NCBI GenBank assembly: GCA_944322695.1
Contig: CALUPQ010000028.1
Location: 25,525-89,524 of the forward strand
Source of the DNA: an uncultured Mailhella sp.
GTDB taxonomy: Bacteria > Desulfobacterota > Desulfovibrionia > Desulfovibrionales > Desulfovibrionaceae
Direction: 5' to 3'
DNA: 64,000 nt
The notes under the pieces: model-generated
What the model was told of the DNA's origin: nothing
The model's input: the letters and a program-made list of their open reading frames with translations, nothing else
The model's database searches: none
In this document: positions 31,742 to 40,784 of the stretch, piece after piece
How the letters are laid out: each line of letters opens with the position of its first letter
How positions within the stretch are numbered: position 1 is the stretch's first letter
Position numbers and translations under genes: made by a program

Positions 31742-32179
31742 TCCATGAGTCAATAGCATTTTGGGAGTAGTATACCAAGTAAATATAATAATTTCAGTAT
31801 ATTATAAAAAAAATACATAAAATTTCACGTCGTATTCACATATCACATTTTCGTCAATTTTTTTTCAGCGTACAAAGAGGATACTGAAACAAAAATGTTC
31901 TTCTTATGGCTGCAGACAGTCGGTTTCAGACCAGCACAATCAACTGAAATAAAATATATAACTACTAGATATAATTTAATATATTATTCAACAACTCATA
32001 ACGCTCTCATGCCTAAGCACTCTTGAAACTGACACGAGAAAAAACACCAGACCATATCTTTCCATGTGATTTTCCCTTCCCTCATAACAAATTTGACATT
32101 AGTTCATTTTCCAAACACTTTAACAGAAAAGGCGATTCCCTGCATGACGACAGGGCTACATACCGAAAAAGAGGAAACG

Positions 32180-33271
32180 ATGACGAATCCCATAGCCTGC
32201 GACATCACGATGAAAGACGTGGCCGAATTCAGCGGCGTTTCCACAGCCACGGTTTCCCGCGCCATCAACACTCCGGAAAAGCTCAGCCCCGACACCCTGA
32301 AAAAAGTACAGCAGGCATTCCGTACCCTCGGTTATCAGTACAATCCTCTTGCGGCCGCCATGTCTCGCAGCTCCAGCAAACTCATAGGCATCATGATAGG
32401 CAACCTGCGCGAAAACCTGGCTCTGCTGACGCTGGAAGACGTGCAGGCCTATGCCTCGAAGCTCGACTATAACGTACTGGTGGCAAACTCCTGCTTCGAC
32501 AGTCATACCGAGAAAAAAATTCTCTATAATTTCAGGCAGTACAAAACAGCCGCCGTCATCGTCATCGGTCCGGGCCTGCACTGCCACCAGCATATCCGCA
32601 CCGTCCTCGGCAATGATATTCCCCATCTTGTCCTGTGGGACTCCTACGAGAAGAGCGACAACATCAACTTCATCGGCGCCACCAGCGAGAACGTCATGGA
32701 ACAGGCCGTTTCCGCCCTCGTCAGGGCGGGACACCGCCGTATCGGGCTCGGCATGAGTTACTACGCCAACATCCGCAAGGCCCACAGCAGAATCAAGGCC
32801 TTCGGCGACATTCTGCAACGTCTCCACCTGCCCTTCGACGAGGATTCCATGGTTCTTATCAACGACGAACCACGCCTCACCCGCTCCTCGTTCGAGCACG
32901 GCCGTCAGATTATGAAGCAGTTTCTGGAAAAGAAGCATCCGCCCACGGCGCTCATCTCTCCCATGGGCAACATGGCGGCAGGCAGCATATCCTATCTTCA
33001 GGAGTACGGCCTTTCCTATCCGAAGGACATGTCTCTCGTCTGCCTGAGCGACGACGATATTTCCTCCATCTACTATCCCCCGCTCTGCGCCGTCCGCTCC
33101 CAGAAGGAAAAGCTCTTCCAGCTCGTCCATGAATTCGTGGACGGCATTTCTTCGGCGGAACCGCAGCGCATCACCTGCAAACTGCGCTCTTCCGTATGCC
33201 GGAGGAGCTCGTGCATGCCTCCGGCAAAAGAATACCGTGAAGGCCCCGTGCTCAGCCCGCGCAGGGCTTAA
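32180..33271 (+). CDS. LacI-family transcriptional regulator
   Basis: TMKDVAEFSGVSTATVSRAIN HTH, YQYNPLAAAM hinge, GHRRIG, periplasmic-binding-like effector domain. Confidence 0.93.
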   Translation: MTNPIACDITMKDVAEFSGVSTATVSRAINTPEKLSPDTLKKVQQAFRTLGYQYNPLAAAMSRSSSKLIGIMIGNLRENLALLTLEDVQAYASKLDYNVLVANSCFDSHTEKKILYNFRQYKTAAVIVIGPGLHCHQHIRTVLGNDIPHLVLWDSYEKSDNINFIGATSENVMEQAVSALVRAGHRRIGLGMSYYANIRKAHSRIKAFGDILQRLHLPFDEDSMVLINDEPRLTRSSFEHGRQIMKQFLEKKHPPTALISPMGNMAAGSISYLQEYGLSYPKDMSLVCLSDDDISSIYYPPLCAVRSQKEKLFQLVHEFVDGISSAEPQRITCKLRSSVCRRSSCMPPAKEYREGPVLSPRRA

Positions 33272-33437
33272 CGCATCCGTCACCCCTCTTCACGGCAAAA
33301 AATCCTTATGCAGGCCGTGATTCGCATCCGGCCATCCGGCTTTCCTCAGCAGGGAAAGCCGGATGGCCCCGTCCCGCTCCGACGTTCCTTCCCTTTGCGG
33401 AACAACGGATGGGAGCGGAGTGTCCCGAGGAAAAACG

Positions 33438-33953
33438 ATGAAGGAGCTCATTCTTGTCGGCGGCCCCATGGGCGTGGGAAAGACCAGCACCTGCCGGGAG
33501 CTTCTGCACCGGCTCTCCCCTTCCGCCTTTCTGGACGGAGACTGGTGCTGGACCATGTCTCCCTTCGTGGTGAACGGCGAAACAAAAAACATGGTGCTCG
33601 ACAACATAGGCCACATTCTGAACAACTTTCTGCGCTGCTCCGCCTACCGCTACGTCATCTTCTGCTGGGTCATGCACTCGCAGTCCATCGTGGACGACAT
33701 TCTGCGCAGACTCGACCTGACCGACACGAGAACCACGCTTTTCACCCTGACGGCTTCGGAACAGGTGCTTCGCGCACGGCTGCAGCACGACATTGATGAA
33801 GGAACAAGGAGTCCCGGCGTCATTGAGCGGAGCCTGGAGAGGCTGCCCCGGTATGCGGCCATGAAAAGCGTGAACATAGATGTAAGCGACATCACCCCCG
33901 CCTTGGCGGCAGCACGGATGGAGGCTTTTCTGAAGGAACCGGAACGTTCCTGA
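33438..33953 (+). CDS. Small P-loop nucleotide/small-molecule kinase (AAA_33-like)
   Basis: LILVGGPMGVGKT Walker A, FLDGDW, LRARL lid. Confidence 0.8.
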   Translation: MKELILVGGPMGVGKTSTCRELLHRLSPSAFLDGDWCWTMSPFVVNGETKNMVLDNIGHILNNFLRCSAYRYVIFCWVMHSQSIVDDILRRLDLTDTRTTLFTLTASEQVLRARLQHDIDEGTRSPGVIERSLERLPRYAAMKSVNIDVSDITPALAAARMEAFLKEPERS

Positions 33954-33957
33954 AGAC

Positions 33958-34000
33958 GAAAAAAGCCGCGTGTCTCCTCTTTTCAGAAAAGCACGCGGCT
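33958..34000 (-). terminator. Terminator-like hairpin between convergent genes
   Basis: AGCCGCGTG...CACGCGGCT stem preceded by an A-run (T-run on minus strand). Confidence 0.55.
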
Positions 34001-34121
34001 CTCATGCACAAAAGGCAGGAAAAACCGTTTTTCCTTCCCCTCTTTTTACAAAACGTCAGGGCAAGGCGGGCCCAACGCTCCGGCCTCGCCGGACAGAAGC
34101 GACGTTTCCTCCGTCTCTTTT

Positions 34122-34772
34122 CTACTTCGCCACTTCCCAGATGGTCACGGGCACGGGCACTTCCTGCTCGGTCAGCGGAGAAACGGGCAGACTGCATATG
34201 CGCTTATGGCGCAGACCGTGGGCGGGCAGCGTATCCAAAAGGTGATGGAAAATGTCCCTTCCGGGTTCGGCAATCCAGGCGCGCCCTCCCGCCTTCAGCA
34301 TGGAAGCGATGAAAGCCGCCACAGGTTCGGCGAACGCCTGCTCGTACATGATGTCCCCTGCCCAGATACAGTCGAAGGAGGCAGGCGGCAGGGAAGGCTC
34401 TCTCCAGTCCATGACTTCGAAGCGCACGCCGTCTATGCCGTTGAGCGTCGCGTTCACGTTCGCGTACTCTATGGCCTGCGCCTCGTAGTCCATGGCCGTC
34501 ACCTCGGCCCCCAGCCAGCGGCCGAGCAGCGCGGTGAACCCCAGGCCGCACCCCATGTCGAGGCAGGACTTGCCGCGTATGTCATCCTGCATTTCCGCAA
34601 GCCATCCGGCCAGCGCCAGAGAGGAAGGCCATATCTCGTTCCAGTAGGGCAGGCGTTCCTCCCCTTCTCTTTTTTCCATGTCGGCCCACAGGGTATCCAT
34701 ATCGGCACGGCGCATGTGCCATATCCGTCCGCAGGAGGAAAAAATCCTGTCAAAAGGCGTAAACTGTTCCAT
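34122..34772 (-). CDS. Class I SAM-dependent methyltransferase (lysine methyltransferase-like)
   Basis: LPYWNEIWPSSLALA, LDMGCGLG, MDW, AGDIMYE, IAEPGR. Confidence 0.85.
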   Translation of the reverse strand: MEQFTPFDRIFSSCGRIWHMRRADMDTLWADMEKREGEERLPYWNEIWPSSLALAGWLAEMQDDIRGKSCLDMGCGLGFTALLGRWLGAEVTAMDYEAQAIEYANVNATLNGIDGVRFEVMDWREPSLPPASFDCIWAGDIMYEQAFAEPVAAFIASMLKAGGRAWIAEPGRDIFHHLLDTLPAHGLRHKRICSLPVSPLTEQEVPVPVTIWEVAK

Positions 34773-35033
34773 ATCTCGTCCTTGGGGTGAAATTTCCGTC
34801 CGCGCTTTGCGCGGCAAGACGGAGTATAGCCGCTCCCCCGCCGACAGGGAAGTGCCCGGCAAAGGACTTGCCGGACGTGTGCAATAGCGGTATCATGCCC
34901 CTTCACCTCGGCTTTTCTCTTCGGAAAAGCCCTGATTCTGGTGTCCGTACGGGGCGTCGGCGCTGCTTCTGCCCCTTTTGAAACGACGTGCGCGCCAGCC
35001 GACACGCCACGCACAGCGCAAAGCAGGTTTGAC

Positions 35034-36857
35034 ATGGATAATAGGGGCGAGGACAGAAAGGATTTTGCCAGGCGTTCCTTCAGAAAAGACGGGGAACGCG
35101 GCGAAGGCCGGCGTCAGGAACGTTCGGAACATTTCCGCCCGCGCAGAGAACAGCGCGGTGACGACGAGCGCCGGGAAGGGCGCAGAGATTTCAAAAAAGA
35201 CGGTTTCCGCCCGAGAACGGACCGCGGCTTTTCCAAGAACCGCGACCTCGGCGCGCTCATGGACCTCGACAACGACATCCTGCATCTCGTGGTGCGCCGC
35301 GCCCAGATGCTCGCCCGCCTGCGCAGCGGCGGCCGTCTCGCTCCCGAAACGGAAAAGACGCTGCGTACCGCCTGGGAAAACAAGGCCGCGCGCCTTGCCC
35401 GGGACAACCGTCTCTCCCGTGACCTGTTCATGCTTCTTCAGTCCATCGAACCCATGACGCGCATGGAAGAGGAGCAGGGCTACTACAACCTTTCCCCCAA
35501 CGGGGAAGAGGTGGACATCCGCATTCCCGCCCCGTCCGACACCGTGGCCGCCCGCTGCTGGCTGGCCGTGGCCGCCGCTTCCGGCAAGGAAACCAGAATC
35601 CGCCGCGTTCCCCTCACCGACGCCGTCGTCAGCGGCGTGAAGGCCCTCAATCAGATAGGCGGTCAGCTCTGGTGGGAAGAGAACGGCGACGTGCAGAGCC
35701 GCGGCGGCAAGGGTCTTGTCCGCAACATGGACAAGGTCATCCACATCGGCGACGACGCCTTCAACCTCTGGCTCGTCATCGCTCTCTGCATAGGCATGCC
35801 CGCAAGGCTCAAGCTCACCGGCGACAGCTCCCTGCGTTTTCTGGACATCGCGCCGCTGCGCCACTTCCTGCCCCAGCTCGGCGTGCGTCTGACCAACGTC
35901 ATTCCCTCGCAGGACGGCCTGCCCGTGCGCATGGAATGCTCCGGCCTCATGCCGCGTGAAGTCCGCCTGGCCGACGATTTGCCCGAAGATTTCGTGGCCG
36001 CCCTCGTGCTCGCCTCTCCCTTCTGGGAAACCTCGTGCCGCCTGACGCTGCCCGAGCGCGAACCCCGTCTTCTTCCCCTCGTTCTTGACGTGCTTTCCGG
36101 CTGCGGCATGAATGTTTCCAGAAACGGACGCGAGATTGTCGTGGAGCGCGGCGAGATTGTCGTGCCGGCCGAGCCCGTGGTTCCCATGGACGCCTGCGTG
36201 GCCGCCACCGTGCTCATGCTGCCCGGCTTCAACGGCGGACACGCCGTGCTCGAAGGCGTCTGGGGCGGCAACACGACGAGCGCTCTTGCGGAAAAAATCC
36301 TGCGCGGCGCCGGGCTCAACGTAAAGTACGGCTCCCACGAAGTGGAGTGCACGGGCAAGGAACGCGAAACCTCCGCTCCCGCACCCGAAATCATGCAGGC
36401 CGTGCTTGAACGCTGCCCCGAACTTCTGCCGCTCTGCACCGTCATCATGGCGGCCGCCGCACACGAAGGCGCCAAGGTCACCCTTCCCGAACTTTCGGAA
36501 GAAGAGCGCCATCTCGTCACGGCCTTCCTCGCCCGCTGCGGCGTGGAGGAAAAGGACAACGTGCTTGCCCCCGTGGAAGAAACCGTGCCCGGCTCCTGGG
36601 TGGCTCCCTCCGCACAGTGGGCCATGGCCTACGCGCTCGGCGCCTTCCTCAAGCCCAACCTGCACCTTTCCAACCCCGGCGTGATGACCGGCCTTTTCCC
36701 GGCTTTCTGGAACATATACAACACGCTGCCCCGTCCCGAACTGAAACGCAAAGCCGAGCAGGAGACCGAAGATGCCAAACCAGCACGCAGACGCGTCATC
36801 GCCCATGGAGTCTATGGAGAGCTTCCTCCTGAACCCGCTACCGGAGACGATTTCTGA
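35034..36857 (+). CDS. Degenerate EPSP-synthase (AroA)-fold protein with charged N-terminal tail and chorismate-mutase-like helix
   Basis: Segments follow AroA order (IPAPSDTVAAR; HIGDDAF; LTGDSSLRFLDI; WAMAYAL..L.NPGVMTGLFPAFW) but catalytic motifs are replaced; LMDLDNDILHLVVRRAQML resembles the CM type 2 first helix. Confidence 0.65.
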   Translation: MDNRGEDRKDFARRSFRKDGERGEGRRQERSEHFRPRREQRGDDERREGRRDFKKDGFRPRTDRGFSKNRDLGALMDLDNDILHLVVRRAQMLARLRSGGRLAPETEKTLRTAWENKAARLARDNRLSRDLFMLLQSIEPMTRMEEEQGYYNLSPNGEEVDIRIPAPSDTVAARCWLAVAAASGKETRIRRVPLTDAVVSGVKALNQIGGQLWWEENGDVQSRGGKGLVRNMDKVIHIGDDAFNLWLVIALCIGMPARLKLTGDSSLRFLDIAPLRHFLPQLGVRLTNVIPSQDGLPVRMECSGLMPREVRLADDLPEDFVAALVLASPFWETSCRLTLPEREPRLLPLVLDVLSGCGMNVSRNGREIVVERGEIVVPAEPVVPMDACVAATVLMLPGFNGGHAVLEGVWGGNTTSALAEKILRGAGLNVKYGSHEVECTGKERETSAPAPEIMQAVLERCPELLPLCTVIMAAAAHEGAKVTLPELSEEERHLVTAFLARCGVEEKDNVLAPVEETVPGSWVAPSAQWAMAYALGAFLKPNLHLSNPGVMTGLFPAFWNIYNTLPRPELKRKAEQETEDAKPARRRVIAHGVYGELPPEPATGDDF

Positions 36858-37068
36858 GCTTGAAGCCCAGATGGAAGTCATCTCCGCGGAACAGAAGCGG
36901 TGTCAGGACAGCATACGCAGACTCATGGCCGCCGAAGACGTGGAAAAAGGCATCGTGTTTCCGCAGGAAATACACGAGCTGCATCAGCGCAAGAACATGC
37001 TGGAAACCCACATGCAGTACCGCAGGGTGCGCATCAACCGGCTCAGACTGTACAGGGAAGGCCGGTAA
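36814..37068 (+). CDS. Small hypothetical coiled-coil protein
   Basis: 84-aa ORF MESFLLNPLPETISELEAQ..., GGAG RBS, overlaps the upstream gene end and fills the gap before the YkgJ gene. Confidence 0.6.
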   Translation: MESFLLNPLPETISELEAQMEVISAEQKRCQDSIRRLMAAEDVEKGIVFPQEIHELHQRKNMLETHMQYRRVRINRLRLYREGR

Positions 37069-37134
37069 GACCTTCCGACAGAAGTTCTTCCGGCAGGTTC
37101 TCCTGCCGGGAGAACACATCATAAGGAACATATC

Positions 37135-37833
37135 ATGAGCGATAACCATCAGTGCCGCCAGTGCGGAACCTGCTGCCGCAAGGGCGGTCCGGCCCTGCAT
37201 AAGGAAGACGCGCCCCTGCTTGTGGAAGGCGTGCTTCAGCTTCAGGACCTGTGCACCTTCCGCGCAGGCGAACTCGTGCGCGACAACTCCAACGACCACG
37301 TGGTGCCGCTGCCCGAGGAAATCGTGAAAATAGCCGCGCCCTTCGGCTCCCGGCCCGACGACTGGACCTGCCGTTTTCTCACCTCGGACAACCGCTGCTT
37401 CATCCATGAAAAGCGTCCGGCCGAATGCAAAGCTCTTTTCTGCGACGACCCCAAGGCCCTGCTCGCCATGCACGGGGAAGACAGGCTCGACCGCAAGTCC
37501 ATCCTCGAACTTCTCCATGCCCCGCAGTGGCTTCTGGACTCCGTGGAAGCTCACGAATCCCGCTGCAACTATGCGGCCCTCATTGAACTCGCCTCCCATC
37601 TCGAAGAGCAGGAAGCGGCCCGCCGGGCCCTCGTGGAAGTGGTGGAATACGACAGAGCCTTCAGAGAACTCGTCATGGAAAAAGGCAAAGTGCAGAAGGA
37701 AATGCTGGACTTCCTGTTCGGCCGCCCCCTCATGCACACCGTCATCATGTTCGGTATCGATGCCCGTCACAACGCCGACGGCAGCATCACTCTCGTGCAG
37801 ACCACAAAAGCCACACTGAAGAGGCAAGCATGA
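37135..37833 (+). CDS. YkgJ-family cysteine-cluster protein
   Basis: CRQCGTCC, C.FL...NRCFIHEKRPAECKALFC. Confidence 0.88.
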   Translation: MSDNHQCRQCGTCCRKGGPALHKEDAPLLVEGVLQLQDLCTFRAGELVRDNSNDHVVPLPEEIVKIAAPFGSRPDDWTCRFLTSDNRCFIHEKRPAECKALFCDDPKALLAMHGEDRLDRKSILELLHAPQWLLDSVEAHESRCNYAALIELASHLEEQEAARRALVEVVEYDRAFRELVMEKGKVQKEMLDFLFGRPLMHTVIMFGIDARHNADGSITLVQTTKATLKRQA

Positions 37834-38810
37834 TAATAGTCACCGGCGGCGCCGGCCTCATCGGCGCGAACATGATATGGGAACTGAACCGCCACGGCAT
37901 GGACGACATCCTCGTGGTGGACAACCTCGCCTCCACGGAAAAGTGGAAGAACCTCTCCCACCTGCGCTACAGCAACTACATGCACCGCGACGCCTTCCTC
38001 GCCCAGCTCCGCTCCGGCAAGAAGCTGGAAGGCGTGGAATGCGTGATACACATGGGAGCCTGCTCCTCCACCACCGAGCGCAACGCCGACTTCCTCATGG
38101 AAAACAACTTCCACTACACGGTGGAAGTCTGCCTCGCCGCCCTTGAAGCCGGCGCGCGCTTCATCAACGCAAGCAGCGCCGCCACCTACGGCGACGGCGA
38201 ACTCGGCTTCTCCGACTCGCTGGACATCATGCCGAAACTCCGCCCCCTGAACATGTACGGCTATTCCAAAAAGCTCTTCGACATGTGGTGCATGCAGCAC
38301 AAGCTGCTCGGCGAAGTGGTGAACCTCAAGTTCTTCAACGTGTACGGCCCGGACGAATACCACAAGGGCAGCATGATGAGCATGGTGTGCCGCGCCGTGC
38401 CGCAGGTGAAGGAAACCGGCAAAATCCGCCTCTTCAAGTCGGACAATCCCCGCTACGGCGACGGCGAATCCGTGCGCGACTTCGTCTATTCCAAGGACTG
38501 CGCCGCCCTCATGCACTGGTTCATGGAAAATCCTTCGTGCAACGGCATCTTCAACGTGGGCACGGGCCACGCCCGCAGCTGGAACGACCTGGCAAAGGCC
38601 GTGTTCGCCTCCATGGACAAAGAAGAGAACATCGAGTACTTCGACATGCCCGACCACCTCAAGGGCAAGTACCAGTACTTCACCGAAGCCGACATGTCCT
38701 GGCTTGAGCGCGAAAAATGCCCCGTGAAGTTCCACTCTCTGGAAGAGGGCGTGGACGACTACGTGCGCAACTATCTCATGCAGGACGACCCGTATCTCTG
38801 CTCTCTGTAG
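37830..38810 (+). CDS. hldD: ADP-L-glycero-D-manno-heptose-6-epimerase
   Basis: MIIVTGGAGLIG.N, VVDNL, HMGACSSTTE, ASSAATYG, PLNMYGYSK, FFNVYGP.EYHKGSM, KYQYFTEAD. Confidence 0.95.
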   Translation: MIIVTGGAGLIGANMIWELNRHGMDDILVVDNLASTEKWKNLSHLRYSNYMHRDAFLAQLRSGKKLEGVECVIHMGACSSTTERNADFLMENNFHYTVEVCLAALEAGARFINASSAATYGDGELGFSDSLDIMPKLRPLNMYGYSKKLFDMWCMQHKLLGEVVNLKFFNVYGPDEYHKGSMMSMVCRAVPQVKETGKIRLFKSDNPRYGDGESVRDFVYSKDCAALMHWFMENPSCNGIFNVGTGHARSWNDLAKAVFASMDKEENIEYFDMPDHLKGKYQYFTEADMSWLEREKCPVKFHSLEEGVDDYVRNYLMQDDPYLCSL

Positions 38811-38855
38811 GCACGACTTTCCCGAAAATTCCCCGTCAGGAACATTCGGCCTTCC

Positions 38856-38886
38856 GGCCCGCTCCCCCAGAGGAGCGGGCCTTTTT
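38856..38886 (+). terminator. Rho-independent terminator after hldD
   Basis: GGCCCGCTCC...GGAGCGGGCC then T5. Confidence 0.75.
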
Positions 38887-38917
38887 ATTGCCCGGATATT
38901 AAATCATCTTTCTGAAA

Positions 38918-38956
38918 TGTCATGAAAAATTCATATCGGTGTGACGAGGGGGTCAT
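38918..38956 (+). promoter_or_regulatory. Pho-box-like array (four half-sites, 11-bp period)
   Basis: TGTCAT(38918), ATTCAT(38929), TGTGAC(38940), GGTCAT(38951), exactly 11 bp apart, upstream of a phosphorus-compound ABC operon. Confidence 0.7.
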
Positions 38957-38996
38957 ATTTCCCATATAGCTTTCTCCTGTTTTCCAGGAGGAACTT

Positions 38997-39788
38997 ATGC
39001 TTCAGGCAACAAACATCGCCAAACGTTACGGTTCTGCGACGGCGCTTCATCCGACGACTCTTCACCTTGAAAAGGGCTCCTTTACTGTACTTCTCGGACC
39101 TTCTGGCGCCGGAAAGTCCACCTTGCTGCGCTGTCTTGCCCTGCTCCAGCCCGTATCGGAAGGAAATATCCTCGTACGAGGCATCGGTATGGTCGATACG
39201 GCCGCCAAACTGCGCGAACTTCGCCGAAAAACAGGTTTCATCTTTCAGCAGCATCAGCTCATTCTGCGTGAGACGGCTCTGAGAAACACATTAAATGGTC
39301 GCATAGGCTTCCACTCCCTGTTTCACGGCCTTCTGCCGGCCTCTCCGCTTGAAGTGGAAAAAGCGTATGCCTGCCTTGCCCGTGTGGGAATAGAAGAGTT
39401 TGCTCTTACTCCGGCAGGAAACCTTTCCGGAGGGCAACAGCAGAGAGTGGGCATAGCCAGAGCCCTTATGCAGCAGCCCGAAATCATGCTGGCTGACGAG
39501 CCTGTGGCCAGCCTCGACCCGCAAAGGGCATACGAAGTCATAGAACTTCTTCACGGCATCTGCCGGGAGCGCGGCATCTGCTCCGTGGTGAGTCTTCATC
39601 AGGTGGACCTCGCCCGGAAATTCGCCGACAGAATCATAGCCCTCAACGCCGGACGTATTGTGTTCGACGGCAGTCCCGACGAGCTGACCGAAAGCGTCCT
39701 CACCCGGCTGTATGCCACCTCGCCTGTGGAAAAAAGCAAACCTGATACACCCCCTGCTCTCTCTTTTCGGGCGGCCTTTGCCGCCTGA
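38997..39788 (+). CDS. ptxA: Phosphite/phosphonate ABC transporter ATP-binding protein
   Basis: LLGPSGAGKSTLLR, IFQQHQLI, LSGGQQQRVGIARAL.Q.P..LADEPVASLDP, SLHQVDLA; PhnC/PtxA type, in operon with ptxD. Confidence 0.85.
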   Translation: MLQATNIAKRYGSATALHPTTLHLEKGSFTVLLGPSGAGKSTLLRCLALLQPVSEGNILVRGIGMVDTAAKLRELRRKTGFIFQQHQLILRETALRNTLNGRIGFHSLFHGLLPASPLEVEKAYACLARVGIEEFALTPAGNLSGGQQQRVGIARALMQQPEIMLADEPVASLDPQRAYEVIELLHGICRERGICSVVSLHQVDLARKFADRIIALNAGRIVFDGSPDELTESVLTRLYATSPVEKSKPDTPPALSFRAAFAA

Positions 39789-39922
39789 GTCCCCCTTTTT
39801 CGCTATGAACTCCAACTGTCTGTGCAGACCGTAAGACTCCGGTCAGTAACTCACCTTCCGGAGAACGTCCCTGCTGTAACTCCTCATCAACTCAACACCT
39901 TCCATCAAAAAAGGAGTATTTC

Positions 39923-40783
39923 ATGCAATTCCGTCATGTCCTCTTTGCTCTTCTGGGACTTCTTGCCCTGAACAGCGTTGCCTTTGCCTCCGGAGAAAGT
40001 GAACCTCAGACTCTCCGTGTCGCGCTTCTGCCCGATGAAAGCCCGAGTGTAGTCATCAAAAACAACGAAAATCTGAAGAATTACCTTCAGGAAAAACTGA
40101 GCAGAAAGGTGGAACTCGTCGTCACCACCGACTACTCTTCCATGATTGAGGCCATGCGGCACGGCCGTCTGGACCTCGCCTATTTCGGCCCGCTTTCCTA
40201 TGTCATGGCAAAATCAAAATGCGACATAGAACCCTTTGCCGCCATGCAGAAAAAAGGCAAGGCCACCTATCGTTCCGTTGTCATAACCCATGTCGGAAGC
40301 GGTATTGAAAAACTTGCCGACATCAAGGGGCACGACATGGCCTTCGGCGACATCGCGTCCACCTCTTCCCATCTTATTCCCAAGTCTCTGCTTCTGAACG
40401 ACGGCCTCAGTGCCGGGAAGGATTACAAGGAACACTTCGTAGGCAGTCACGACGCCGTGGCCATGAACGTGCAGAACGGTAACGCGCAGGCCGGCGGCAT
40501 GTCCGAGCCCATTTTCCATACCATGATGGAAAAGGGCCTTCTCAAGGCAGACAAGGTCAAAATCATAGCCACTTCGAAAGATTTTCCCGAATACCCCTGG
40601 ACCATGCGCGCAGGCCTGAGCCCCGAACTGAAGAATGCCGTCAAACAGGCGTTTCTCGATATGAAGGACCCTGCTGTTCTCAAGCCCTTCAAAGCCGACG
40701 GTTTCGTAGCCATAGACGATAAGGCCTATGACTCCGTACGCGAACTGGCGAAGATTCTGAACCTCAATCTGGAAAAGATGTAA
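39923..40783 (+). CDS. ptxB: Phosphite ABC transporter periplasmic binding protein
   Basis: ALLPDE, VVTTDYSSMIEAMR.GRLDLAYFGPLSY, GDIASTSSHLIP, GSHDAVA, PEYPW (Tyr cap typical of PtxB). Confidence 0.85.
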   Translation: MQFRHVLFALLGLLALNSVAFASGESEPQTLRVALLPDESPSVVIKNNENLKNYLQEKLSRKVELVVTTDYSSMIEAMRHGRLDLAYFGPLSYVMAKSKCDIEPFAAMQKKGKATYRSVVITHVGSGIEKLADIKGHDMAFGDIASTSSHLIPKSLLLNDGLSAGKDYKEHFVGSHDAVAMNVQNGNAQAGGMSEPIFHTMMEKGLLKADKVKIIATSKDFPEYPWTMRAGLSPELKNAVKQAFLDMKDPAVLKPFKADGFVAIDDKAYDSVRELAKILNLNLEKM

Positions 40784-40784
40784 C

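Noticed and set aside
37830-38810. NAD-dependent epimerase next to ptx genes as a possible PtdF/ApdA of dissimilatory phosphite oxidation
   Set aside because: It has HldD-specific motifs (GACSSTTE, EYHKGSM, YQYFTEAD), is coupled to the upstream operon and is separated from ptxA by a terminator; no ptdCGHI genes are present.
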